From the NCBI GenBank assembly GCA_937625935.1, contig OW569356.1, positions 124,001 through 188,000 on the forward strand: a DNA stretch of 64,000 bases. Reading direction: 5' to 3'. The stretch's first letter is position 1. Each line of letters starts with the position of its first letter. The stretch comes from Tetramitus jugosus. Lineage: Eukaryota > Protista > Heterolobosea. This document shows positions 1 to 11,916 of the stretch, in pieces. Both the position numbers and the translations under genes were made by a program. A model generated the notes under the pieces. The model saw nothing but the letters and a program-made list of their open reading frames with translations. It was not told the origin of the DNA and did no database searches.

Positions 1-1473
1 GCAACCACCTCTAGAGATTCTTTCAGCAACATCATCCAATTGACACAACTTTGACAAATTGAGCGAGGCACTCGTAATCTTCACAAAGTGAGAACTACGA
101 TCCGGATCATCGATACTACTTCCAAAGTAGATCCATAGACCGGTTGGAGTGCTATAGGCAGTACAAATGAGACCATAGTACGATGCAATCAACGACAAAT
201 GATACTCTAATCGATAGGAAGTCATTCCATAAATCGATAGAGCATAACCAAGATCAATAATGATCGATTTCACTTCATTAATCTCATTTCTGTTCACGTC
301 ATAGAGCTTCTCTGACGATACACTTGTTTTCAAGCTCAAATCACCCAACGAAGGTGACGATACCATTCCAGAGCTACCACCACCAGTATTCAGTGCACTT
401 GCACCACCATTGCTACCATCGTTTACACTCTTGTGAGTGTCCGTATTGGCCGGTGGATCCAAATTCCACCAACAAGCAAAACACAATCGTTTCATGAACC
501 GAGTCAACTTGTTCCTAGTTGAATCATCATCACCCTTTGCTTTATCATCACTTGCCCAACCACTTGACAAATTGTCCAGACTGAGAGAGCTACTGAGTCC
601 CTTGAGATTCTCCATACTGAGTGAACTCGTCAGTCCATCACGAGCTCTTCGTGCTCTGTCTTTCCACGCGGCCAATTTGGCCATTCGTTGCCTCTTCATT
701 TTTTGTATGGCAACGCTCTTGATGGCTTGATACTCACTGGGTAAAATCACATTTCGCTTATTGGCAATGGATGCGAATGAATGAGTCACTGAAGAGGATG
801 ACAATGACCTGTTTGTTCTTGTGGATGCATGCTTGCTGTTTCGTCCATTGACACTGAGGAACGATTCGGTTGGTAGCGTTTGTGGCGCGCCTGCATCCGT
901 AGATGTCGTTGAAGCGACATCGGAGAAATGACCTTCGCTGTGAATATCTCCGCCTAGAGTAATAATCTCCGAGTGGGAGTAATGATGATGGTGATCTTCA
1001 TGGTCATGAATACCACTGCCATCATCTTCATAGTCACTGTGATTATGATAATCATTGTCGTGATGATGAATCAACAAACGAACATTTTCCTTCTTTTTTT
1101 TCCTCTTTTTGTAAAGTCCACCATGATTGTCATCTTCTTCATCTTGATGAACAAGAACAGAAGATGTAGATGATGATAATTTTTCGACAGATGGTTGTTG
1201 AACAACATCGATATCAATCGTTATACTGTCATCTGAATCATTCGTCACATTCAAATTGTGTGTTTCGCCGCTTTGAAAAATGGCATCTGTTACCATTGGT
1301 TGATTACTATTGCTATTCGTACGGTTCATTGTTGTTGCATCTGTGTTGAATGAAGTAGAGGGAGAGAGAACAGAGGCACCATTGAGAAAAATCGAAGGTG
1401 ACGTGACGAGTGCAGCCGACGACAATGTTGTTGTTGTTGTTGAAGGTGGAGGTGGAGGCGGTGGTTCTGTCAT
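1..1473 (-). CDS. ThrE/DUF1212 (fungal Prm10-like) threonine/serine exporter family protein; 3' end runs off the window
   Basis: Not in the ORF track because there is no stop in the window. ATG at 1473 (MTEPPPPPP) is in frame with position 1. After a long S/D/T-rich disordered N-terminus it reads IIDLGYALSIYGMTSYRLEYHLSLIASYYGL...STPTGLWIYFG...LNLSKLCQLDDVAERIS, resembling the ThrE/Prm10 N-terminal motif LxxYGxxxxRLE...LxKL. Confidence 0.75.
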   Translation of the reverse strand, partial: MTEPPPPPPPSTTTTTLSSAALVTSPSIFLNGASVLSPSTSFNTDATTMNRTNSNSNQPMVTDAIFQSGETHNLNVTNDSDDSITIDIDVVQQPSVEKLSSSTSSVLVHQDEEDDNHGGLYKKRKKKKENVRLLIHHHDNDYHNHSDYEDDGSGIHDHEDHHHHYSHSEIITLGGDIHSEGHFSDVASTTSTDAGAPQTLPTESFLSVNGRNSKHASTRTNRSLSSSSVTHSFASIANKRNVILPSEYQAIKSVAIQKMKRQRMAKLAAWKDRARRARDGLTSSLSMENLKGLSSSLSLDNLSSGWASDDKAKGDDDSTRNKLTRFMKRLCFACWWNLDPPANTDTHKSVNDGSNGGASALNTGGGSSGMVSSPSLGDLSLKTSVSSEKLYDVNRNEINEVKSIIIDLGYALSIYGMTSYRLEYHLSLIASYYGLICTAYSTPTGLWIYFGSSIDDPDRSSHFVKITSASLNLSKLCQLDDVAERISRGGC

Positions 1474-1989
1474 TGATTGTTGTTGATATATAGCTATATT
1501 GTTGTTGTTGAAGGAAGAAAAAAGGAGAGAAATCTCGGGAGTTAGTTGTTGAAAGTTTGTTGCTTATTCTTTGTTTATGCTTGGATTGTTCATTTAGCTC
1601 TTGTTTGTTGATGGTTGTGATTCACAATGTGTGTGTTGTTTTTGTGTGTTGTTGGTGTTTTGGTTGGGCTTTCTGGAATCCTTGGGCTGAAATTCATCAC
1701 TGGCGTCATGCGCAAAGGAAGACCAAGCACTGGAAATTTGGTCGATCCGGTTCTTGAACTTTGAAATTCCATGGGTGCATCATCCTTCCGCGGGATTCAA
1801 GCATCTCGCGTCATCGTTATTTTTGTTGCATGATTTCGCGCCAATTCTTGACATGCTAGGTTCAATGAACCCAGTGAAAAAAGCATTTTATCGGATAATA
1901 AGAGAGCTTTATCCGAAGAGACGCGCACTGACACACAGACTGTGAGAGAGCAAACAACAGACAACAAGACACGCAAACAAAAGAAAAAG

Positions 1990-2547
1990 ATGGCACTTTT
2001 CAATGAAGGCATTCACAGCAACTACTATGTCTACAAACTACTCGTCAAATACTTTATCATCTACTCGATACACAAACAACTCTACTATCACTACTTTACA
2101 TACAAGTATTTGGGTGTCAAGGTGGATCCAAGAGCACGAGAAGCCTTCAGACAACAATATCCCGTTCATTCTGGTCTCATTGATCACTTGAGTCGTGTCA
2201 GAGATTTGACTTGGAATTATGTGGCACCAACTGTAGTTTCTGCGTCTCTTTGCTTCAATTGGGCGCGCTACACAAAGGAGAGAACAAAACTTCCGATTCG
2301 TCTGCTCAAGACGGTTCATTACAGCGCATTAACAAGTTCTCTCGTTTGTTTGGCGCCATTTTATTACACGTATGTTTTTCATTCCAATCGTAAAGTTTGC
2401 TTTGATACTGCGCAGAATTATCAAAAGTTTATGATGGCACGAGTGGACAAGAATTGGGAGACTTATGTCGATCAAACTCACTACTTTAAGTTGAGACCAA
2501 AGCCAGGATGGAGAGAACAGGAGGAGCGACAGTATCACAGCAGATAA
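1990..2547 (+). CDS. Hypothetical protein (~185 aa) with two moderately hydrophobic segments
   Basis: ATG at 1990 in an A-rich context, single exon, TAA at 2545-2547. No family recognised. Confidence 0.7.
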   Translation: MALFNEGIHSNYYVYKLLVKYFIIYSIHKQLYYHYFTYKYLGVKVDPRAREAFRQQYPVHSGLIDHLSRVRDLTWNYVAPTVVSASLCFNWARYTKERTKLPIRLLKTVHYSALTSSLVCLAPFYYTYVFHSNRKVCFDTAQNYQKFMMARVDKNWETYVDQTHYFKLRPKPGWREQEERQYHSR

Positions 2548-2807
2548 ATACAATGTGATGATGCTTGAGCATCAGCATTGTTGCTGTTGTGGAAAGCTTT
2601 TTGTGCGAGCTCGAAATGAACAGATATCACCAATCTGATGAGCGCACGTAGGGTCTTTGAATGTTCTTATTCAAAGTTTAGCAGATTGGGCTATGGGTCA
2701 TGATAACCAAAAGTGCGAAAATGGGAAGGGATAACACGCGCGATCATTGTGAATACAATGGTGATCTCATCAGAATAAAATGTCTTTTTGTGATATGAAT
2801 CATTGCT

Positions 2808-3738
2808 TTATTCTTGTTGCTGTTGTTGTTGTTGTTGATCCAATGACTCGTTCAATGGAATCTCACCAGAAGCTTCAATACGGACAGCGACAGCAGGTCT
2901 GTCCTTGCCATCAGTCTTCACGCCCTCCAACCTCTTGAGCAGCTCAAATCCTCTGACAACATAACCAAAGACAACATGCTTTCCGTCCAACCATGGAGTA
3001 TTGGCAGTTGTAATAAAGAATTGAGATCCGTTGCTGTTTGGACCAGAGTTGGCCATGCTCAAACAACCAATAAAGTGCTTCAAGTCAAAATTCTCATCTT
3101 CAAATTTGGCGCCATAAATGGATTGTCCGCCAGTTCCGTCAGCCTTTGTAAAGTCACCACCTTGGATCATAAAGTTCTTGATCAAACGATGGAAGTAGCT
3201 GCCTTGATATCCAAAGCCCTTCTCACCAGTAGCAAGAGCTCTAAAGTTTTCAACAGTCTTTGGTGCCTTGTTACCAAACAAACCAAGAACAACTCTACCA
3301 GCCTATGATGTATGATTCGCACATCAATTCATGTTCATTTCAATCATGATTGAAAGAATTTCCCACCACCAAATGAAAAAAGAGAGAGTGAGATCATTTG
3401 TTCTCCAGCTGGAGCGACAATACAAAAAAAATTATTTTCAATCAATCCCTGTCAAACAAAAGATCACATACGTTTTGTCCATTGACAGAGATATCAAAGA
3501 AGACACGGTGAGTCACTTCTTCTATTGGTACGGTGAGACCTTCCTTGGTCTTCTTGGTGGTTCTTGGTGATTGGAATACATAGACTAAGCTCAACAGACC
3601 AATCACAGCTCCAACTGCAATGATCAATAGAATACCAAACTTGTTGGCAGCAGTCTTTGGGTCATCTACCTTGCTTTTTAACTTTTTCAGTTGTCTGGTC
3701 GCTTTGTCTTCCTTTGGTTTTTGAACGAGCTTTGCCAT
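2808..3738 (-). CDS. Cyclophilin-type peptidyl-prolyl isomerase with an N-terminal signal anchor (2 exons: 3738-3472, 3302-2808)
   Basis: Motifs [13 protein letters not shown]|[53 protein letters not shown]. Phase-0 GTATG...TAG intron at 3471-3303. TM segment [22 protein letters not shown] follows a basic N-terminus. Confidence 0.93.
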
Positions 3739-3985
3739 TGTGTTGTTTGTTGTACAGTAAAAAGAGAGATCAATGGATTTGTTTTTTCTTTTCTTGTTTC
3801 GATTGGAGATGGCACTGCAATTGCCCGACGAAATTTTGGCTTACGTGGCCTCCATCTCTTTTTTTGTAAACCGACCCTCCATGATCTACAGTTGATTTGA
3901 TGAAGAGCAAGACTTGAATAACAATAAGTATTGGATGGAGCTTAATAGTTTATTTACTGTTGTTGTGTCGTGGGGTTTCTACTGT

Positions 3986-6900
3986 CTAATAGAATTGTTG
4001 TTGTCCAAAGTTTTGCTGGTCATATCCGTATCCATAGTTGTATTGAGCATACTGTTGTTGAGCATATGGATCAACATATTGTTGTTGTTGTTGTGGATAG
4101 GTTTGCTCAGGAGTCATAGATTGTTGAGTAACATCAGATTGCTCAACCTTCTTGGTTTGAGATTCCTTGTGTGCCTTGTACAATTCGTTCACCTTTGTGG
4201 TGTATTCACGAACGACTTGGATCATGTATGGCATAGCCATATCTTGGATTCTGTATCTCCAGCCCAATTCAAGAGCAACATCAGGTCTGATCAATTCGTA
4301 GCAAGTGTACAGACAAGCGGTGAAGCAATCCTTCAAGTCATTTTCGACAAAGAAGTTCAACAATTCCTCAGCAACATCTTGCTTACCAGAAGCAGCAGCA
4401 GCATCCATTGCGTCCTTATACAGGCTATCCTTCTTGCTCAAGGCAATTGAGGATTCCCATTGACGGTTCAATCTGTACAAGTAGGCAGCAATTCTTCTGA
4501 ATTCCAATAATTCATGGGATTCAATTTGCTTGGCCAATGCAACTTGATCGAAGTTTTGATAGTTGTCGATGGAATCTCTCAAGCTCTCGTAATCTTCTTC
4601 TTCAATATACAAGCTGTTCAAAGCATCGTTGACTTGAGCCAAGTTGTTGTTTTGTACATTTTGCAAATACTTCTTCATCAATGGAAGAGCATTGGTACCC
4701 TTTGCATCACGAGCAACTCTTTCGTGATCAATCTTTGGAGTCAAGACAACCAACAATCCATCAACGAGGCTTGGTTGTTCATCCAAGTAGAATTGGATGG
4801 CTCTGTAGTACAATTCCATATTTACAACCTTAACAATGGATTCAGTAAACACAGAGTGATCAAAGGCATCAGCAGATTGTTCCATCATAAGCTTGACAGC
4901 ATTGTCGAATTCATCATTGTGAGTGTACAAGAATCTCATCTCAGCCCACAAGTGATAAGTGTCACAGACATTCAACAACTTTGGAATGTTGGAACGAGCA
5001 TAGAACTTGCTAATGTGATCCATGAGCCTCTCTGGCTTGTACTTAGCGTACAAGACACCCAATTCGGTGAAGATACCCTTGTGGGCTCTTTCCAAACCAG
5101 TACCCTTGTCCAACAAGTCGATCAATTGCTCATAGTGACCTCTGACTTCATAGTAGTGAACCAAATCTTCCAATTCATCAGCATGAACAATAATGTTCAA
5201 ACCACAGGCCTGAGCATATCTGAATTCTCCAGCATCAACACAGGCAGCCATGACTTCCTTCCATGTTCTGATACTGTTAGCCTTGCTTGCAGCAGCAACA
5301 GCTTCCTTGTTCTTGCCAAGCTTGACCAAAGCAGAAGCAAGTCTAGCATAGTTGGAGATGCAAGAGAAGAGAATTCTGGCAGCTTCGTACAGACCTTCTT
5401 CGAAACATCTGTCACCAACAGTTTGGATTTGAGCAGTGTTAGGGCCAGAGATGAAGTCTTCCAAATCAGCAAGAGCATTGGAGGAAGGCTTCTGATCAGC
5501 ATACTTTGCCAAAGAGTAGACCAACTCGGTATCAATGTGAGAGTCGTGAATCTTTCCTCTGGCCATTCTCAAGAACTTGATCAAGGCTTGGTAGTTTTCG
5601 CTTCTCTCAGCAACAACAATGACCTCTTGGTAAGCATTTGCATCGTCAGCCTTCAAGAAGGATTCAATTGATTCGGAAATCAAATCTTGAGCTAGCTGAG
5701 CACGAGCAAGGATACTCCAAACATCAGCTTCATTGACAGTTGAAGCGAACTCGGAAGCTCTGCTAATGTTTTGAATGTTCTCGATCAAAACCATAACGGC
5801 GTTGGTGTTCAACTTGAACTTGCTGTAGATAACAAAGGCTTCTTCGTACAACTCTTGGTCGACAGCAATCTTTGCGATATCTGGAGCATCGTAGTTGTCC
5901 AACTTGTTGATATAGTCCATAACTCTGGTCTTGTCGGCCTTGATAGCAGTCAAAATCAACAAGTTTTGCAAGTTCTTGTTGTTTCTGAACTCCTTCTTTC
6001 CGTGAAGAACAATCTTCTCCAACAATTCAATCAATTCGTTTGGCAAGTTGGCAGTCATGAAAGCTTGAACAGTCACTGAGACTTCTTCAGACTTGTCTGA
6101 CTCTGGGAGAGCAGTTTGGACAACTTGATCAATCAATTGTCTTCTGTATTGATTCTCATCATTCAAGACATGAGCCCACAAGTCAGTGGATTGTCTTTCA
6201 ACGAGATATCTTGCTTGCAACTTGAACATTGCGTTCTTGTTGGTAACATCAACAAGTTCGACATCACATTGACCTCTCTTGTAAGCAATGAAAGCAAGAT
6301 GTGGATCTCTCTTCTCACAATACTTACCAACAACTCTGCTATCGTAGTATGGGTTGTTGGTCAAGAATTGCTCAGCGTCCTTGTTGGTATCAATGTAAGT
6401 CTTGGCAAGAGCGTTGTACAATGCAGGCTCCTGGATACCTTCTCCAGCTCTGGCTTCCAACCATTGAACAATGAGCTTCAGTCTGTTTCTCTTTTCGACT
6501 TCTTCAACAAGAGCATCGATTGGGCACATGGCACCAACAGCTTGAAGAATGTTTCTGATAAAGTTCTCATCAGCATCAACATCCAACAAAGCACCAACAA
6601 CTTGAGGAGTTCTCAATGGATTCTTTTGTCTGCACAAGGCATCAACAAACTTCAATTGACTGTTTCCGTACAAGAAATGAACCAACTCATCAATGAAATC
6701 GAATCTATCGCAAACGTTGACCAATGGTGTTTGGTCGGTAAGTCTAGATTCCTTCAAGAAGTTCTTGGTCTTCTCTGGATCATAGTAGTTGGACTCTCTG
6801 GTCACTCTTTCAACTTCGGCGAATTGACCAATACGGGTAGCAGCTTCAATATACTTGAAGTGAACCTCTGGGTTCTCGCTGTAGTCCACAATGGCACCCA

Positions 6901-9243
6901 AATAGTAGAAGAGACCTTCGTAGCTTCTCACTTCTTCGAAAATTGGGATCAAGTTCTCAGGAGTGAATTCTTCAGAGTACTTGGTGGCAATTTGAACAAC
7001 AGTGTTCAAATTTTGTCTTTGGTTGTTCTTCAACATTTCTCTCAACAATGCCAAGGAATCTTCCAACAACAAGTTCTCGAACCACTCAACCAACCAGTTA
7101 GCATCCAAGTATTGAGTCTGAACAATAACTCTCTTTCTGTCCTTAATGTCCTCAAAGTTTTCCAAAGCTCTTTGGTACAATTGAACCTTCTCACACATTT
7201 GAGCAATTTCTTGCTTGTTGTAGTGGGAGAACAACTTTTGTCCAAGAATGGAATCAGCGACTTGGATTGGTGAGTACATCAAATTAGTCTTCAACAATCT
7301 AGTTTGCAACTCAGCGTGCTCAGGCTTGTCTTCCTTCAAGTATTCCAACAAGAAAGCAGTGGCTTGCTTAATCATACTGTTTTGAACAAAGATGTCAACA
7401 ACAACATTTGGATCCAAAGCAGTCTCTGGCTTTTCGTTCAGTGTGACAGCGAACTTATCAGCAGCATTTGGGTTCAATTGAACAATTCTCTTGAACAAGT
7501 CCAAATAGTTTGGTTGGTAACCAACCTTTTGGCAGTATTGCAACACTCTGACATAATCACCAACACCCAACAAGTTGTTAATAATCTTCTCGTGTGCCTT
7601 GGCGCCCAAGTAAATCTTCATGGCAACTTCGTTGCTTTGTGGAGCAATCAAATCACCAAGCTCTTCGGTTGGCTCCAGTTTGTTCTCAGTCAACAACTTC
7701 TTGATGTATTCAACACCACCAGGCTTTTGAAGAACAATCTTTGAAAGTTCAACAGATTCATAATTGTTCAATCTGTCCTTCTCAATGATATATTGGAAGT
7801 ATTGGGAGAGAGCAGGCTTCTGGTTTGGAAGAAGTGGGATTCTTTGCAACCTTTGGACAGTTTGCTGTGTTCTCAAAATACCTTGTGGTGAATCAACAGC
7901 GACCTTGACAGCCTCTTCAACATTCATCTGGTTCAACAGATTGTTGAATTGTTGCACATACAAGTCATCAGCACCAGACAAGTTGGCTCTAGCAGCGAGC
8001 TTGATGGCCAATTCGGTGTTACCACTCTTGGTCAAGAATGGAATGATGGTTTGTTCATTGACAGAAACGGACAAAACTTGTCCAACCTTATTTACACCAA
8101 GGATACCATTGGTTGCTTCGTGTGGAGCAGTCACAAAAATGGTTTCAGCACTGATTCTATTCTTATATATCAGTGTAGCAGTGTCAATATCATACAAGTA
8201 CAAGAATCCTCCCTTGGTAATCATGTAGATGATACCGTGCTTTTCACTCGCTTGCATGGCCACTGGGAAATCTTGTGGTGTTGGGAACTGAATTGGTACA
8301 GCCTTTCTTTGGAAGGTTGGAGCATCAGCAGGCTTGTTTCCTGGAACCTCCATCACAAACAACTTACCTCCAGAGGCAATGGTGTTTGCGGCGATACAGA
8401 TAATAGTGGCAGTGTATGTTGGAGAGAGTTTAAAGTCACAAAAGGCAGCAGCATGACCTTCGATGGCCTGAGTCACCTTCTTTTCAACAGAAAACAATTG
8501 CATCACACCCTTTGTGGCACCAGTATCAGTCTTTGCCAAACCAATCAAGAGCAACCATTGTGCAGAGTTGTCCACTCTATAATTAATGATAGTTGCACCC
8601 TTGAGATTCTCATGTCTGTCAAACATCTTCTTTGGTGTAGAAGTTCCATCGATGGACCAATGATGAACAGAATTTTCAGTCACGATAGCAATAGTGTTTG
8701 GTGATATCCACTTCCAAAACAAAATTTCTTCCTTCATATTGTGTTCTCTCACTTTAGATCTCATGTCCAAATTGAAAATTTGAAGTTGGGTGGATGTTCT
8801 GAGTGCCAACACCTTGGAGGTAGGGTTCATGATGGCGGACTCAGCATTCACCTTGTTTGTGGTCAAAGTCTTTGCTTGCACATCAACAATATTGATGAGT
8901 TGTTGTTGTGTGTCACGGATGCAAATGAACTTGTCAGATTCCATTGTCACCGTACTGAAGGCGATAGCTTGACTATTGACACCCAATTGAGTGAGCTAGA
9001 GAAAGTGAATGTCATTGATATACAGAAAAGTGATTCATAGAACGAAGAGACACGTGTGAGTAATTGAATGATTGTCTCGAGATGTTTGTTGGTGCATGTG
9101 GGTAGTTGACATCTTCAACCAACAACAAAAAATGTTGCGATGATCATCCGGCAACAACAAAAGAGATTCGTATTTTTGAGATCGTAATAACAACATACCT
9201 GTAGCACCTCATTGTATTGAATAGGAACTTCTTGTTGTTGCAT
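3986..9243 (-). CDS. CHC1: Clathrin heavy chain (2 exons: 9243-9199, 8995-3986)
   Basis: Exon 1 MQQQEVPIQYNEVLQ splices via GTATG...TAG to LTQLGV...VTMESDKFICIR. Conserved propeller and CHCR motifs: ESAIMNP, DFPVAMQ, VEKRNRLKL, NLQNLLILTAIKAD, HELLEFRRIAAYLY. Confidence 0.98.
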
Positions 9244-9796
9244 ATTGTGTTTTGATTTCTGATGTTTTGGTGTTTAATAAAAAAAAATCTCACACAAGAC
9301 TTGTTAAGAGAAGACACGACACAACAGTTTTTTTTGACGTTCTTTTTGGTTTGGGGAAAATTAGTGTGGCCGCCCTCTTTTTTTGTTGTGGCGATCATGG
9401 CCGATTTTCCCTCATTACAAAAGATTACAACATGTAATTTTTTATGAAAGTTCAAATTATGTGCACCCGACAGATTTTTTGTATGCTCCGCGGCAGATAT
9501 CTGTCGCTCATTTCTCTGTATTTGTCTGTGGGAGTGCATGGCCTGAGCTAATGCAACCCAGACTGTGCAAAAGAACTTTAAGCAATCTGTACAAATTGAG
9601 ATTTTATATTATTCACATATATCAGATCACAATCGGAACGCCGAATAATAATAAGTGAGAGATATCAGAGGTGGAGGTGAGGAACCAGAAGTGGGATCGA
9701 GACACATGAGATTGGATGATGCGATCGTTTCTTTGAGATACAGTGTCGTCATATTTCAATTCGAATGAAAGAGAACTTGCTTTCTCTCTCTCATCT

Positions 9797-10464
9797 TTAG
9801 ATCATGTCTTGAGATTGTTGCACAATTCTTCTCACCTTCTTCTTGTATCCAGCCTTATCTTCTCTCCACTGCTTAGCAGCATCAAGATTGGCAGGTGATT
9901 CATCATTAGGTGCAGACAACATTGAAATAACAGACACTAGAATGGATTCTACGGTATGAATTGGCAACCAACGCTCAGAACTCTTCTCGTATCCATACTC
10001 GTCATCACCTGGTGGATGCAAAATAGAAATGCAAACCTTACCATCGGAATATACATTAGGGTGCCACATTGGTGTGATAAATTTCATCTCTGGTGGCTTA
10101 TTAGGGTAGTCCTCAGGGAAGATTAGTCTCGCTTTGAAGAAACCTCCTTCGAACAGAGTGTCACTTGGGCCCACAATGAAAACTTCCCATTCATACAGGT
10201 TGGAGTCATCAACCAAACCTGCTGAAAATCCTTCCACAGGATTCTTTTGTAATTCTGTTGATATTGAACAATAATGATTATTGATTAGCGTGATGAACTG
10301 CTTATAAACAACAAAAAAAGCTATAGATGATCACACAGTGGTGCGATCTCCACTGATTTCTCCCATGGGAAAGTACTAGTTGATGCACAGTGTTGGCAAA
10401 GAAATCGTGTGTCACGTGACATACCTTGAAGTTCCTTCGCTAGACGCAATGCTGCTTGATTCAT
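9797..10464 (-). CDS. UBC7: Ubiquitin-conjugating enzyme E2, UBE2G1/Ubc7 class (2 exons: 10464-10425, 10254-9797)
   Basis: HPNVYSDGKVCISILHPPGDDEYGYE...ERWLP contains the acidic loop insertion of the UBE2G/Cdc34 class. Exon 1 MNQAALRLAKELQ joined by a phase-1 GTATG...CAG intron. Confidence 0.93.
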
Positions 10465-10663
10465 ATTCTAACTTGATCGTCGTTTGTTTTTGTGGAGCGC
10501 TCATTGTCTTTTTGTAAAGACTCTTTCGGAACGAATGGGGAATTTTCATTGTTCAAGTTTGCAGACGAACTGTCCTGATTTGACAATATTTCCCCGATTT
10601 ACAGTTTTTCTGGTCGTAGAATTTGACTGACAATAGACAACACACAAGTTGGGAGAACTTTCA

Positions 10664-11902
10664 ATGAGTCAATCAAGCCAGAGGACACCATTGAAGGCGG
10701 ATAGTACAGGGGAAGTGCATCGAATAGTTGCTGGAGAGGAGGGATTGAACGGCTCTGCTGAACATGATGACAACAGTGATGATTCTCTGTACGAGGAATA
10801 TGATGATGGCGAGGATGAAGATGAAGATGTGAAGCACGAAGAATATGACGATGATGAAGAAGAAAAAGTGACAACTTTTACTGCAGCGACTAGACTATTG
10901 GAGAAGCGTAAAGAGATGATGGACGTGCATGGTACATTGAAATCGAAAAAGGAGGAGTATCAAGATCGACTGAAAATCATTAAAGAGAAGGAGAGATTGT
11001 TAGCAAAGAAACGAAATGAATTGACAGATAATATTATCGAGCTGGATAAGTTTATAGGTGTATGTTATCGTACTGTGATAATTATGTTTGAGAGGGTTTA
11101 CGATCGATGTCGAGCTTACATTATGACACATGCAATAGGATAATGAAATTAAAAGGACAAGAGCAGATCAAAAGCAAAAGAAGGAGGAAGAAGAAAAGTT
11201 GAGGAGTGAAGATGTTATTGCCCAGATGAAAAAAGAACTAGAGTTGCTGAAACGCGAGAGGGATGAGAAGGCAGAGTTACTACAGCGAGATAGCAAATAT
11301 CACAATTACTTAAAATCAGTGGTATCTCTAAAAGGAGACGGGGATCCAGAGAACATCGAAGTGTTAATGAAGAGGTACGAAAACTTGAAAAAGCATCGGA
11401 ATCACCTTGCAGAACAAATCGAAAAGAAGAAATTAGAGTTGAATGAGAAGAGGAAGAAACAGAAAGAGGATAACGAGGTATGAAAACCAATCAACTTGAT
11501 TTATCATTTGATGATGTTGACTAAATGAACTAATTGGATGAGCAGAACTGGAAGAAGACCACCATTGAATTGAATCATATTATTTCGACATACACCAAGA
11601 ATCTGGAACGGATTCAAAAGGAGAATAGCGTTAGTCGGCGGAGAGCTGAATCATCTCAGACGAATGTGAATGAACTACAAGTAACCTTGGGCAAAATCGA
11701 AATGGCCTGTAACAATTTGTACAATAGAATTTTGGATCCACAACATGGTTCTCGGATTAATCGAACTCAACATGCACCGGACGAGTACAAGATGCTTAAA
11801 GTGGTCGGTGATTGTATCTCGGACTTTAGCTATGTTATCAACCAGTTCAAACAACTGCCAGACATAGAGAAACAAAAATCATCAAAGAGCACAACGACTT
11901 AA
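10664..11902 (+). CDS. CCDC42/CFAP73-like (DUF4200) coiled-coil flagellar/centrosomal protein (3 exons: 10664-11059, 11139-11477, 11546-11902)
   Basis: TRLLEKRKEM...ELDKFIG|DNEIKRTRA and LGKIEMACNNLY resemble CCDC42/CFAP73. Two GTATG...AG introns join three ORF-track fragments in frame. Confidence 0.75.
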
Positions 11903-11916
11903 TTCGAGAGCTTTTA

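Noticed and set aside
2600-2775. Hammerhead ribozyme (CTGATGA at 2635 with GAAA at 2613 or 2717)
   Set aside because: A 4-bp stem II can be drawn, but stems I and III and an NUH cleavage triplet cannot be placed in register in any topology.
4514-9040. Long plus-strand ORFs (385, 385, 251 aa etc.) opposite clathrin, and similar antisense ORFs over citrate synthase, PEMT and STI1
   Set aside because: Antisense shadows produced by strong codon bias of the real genes. No recognisable motifs.
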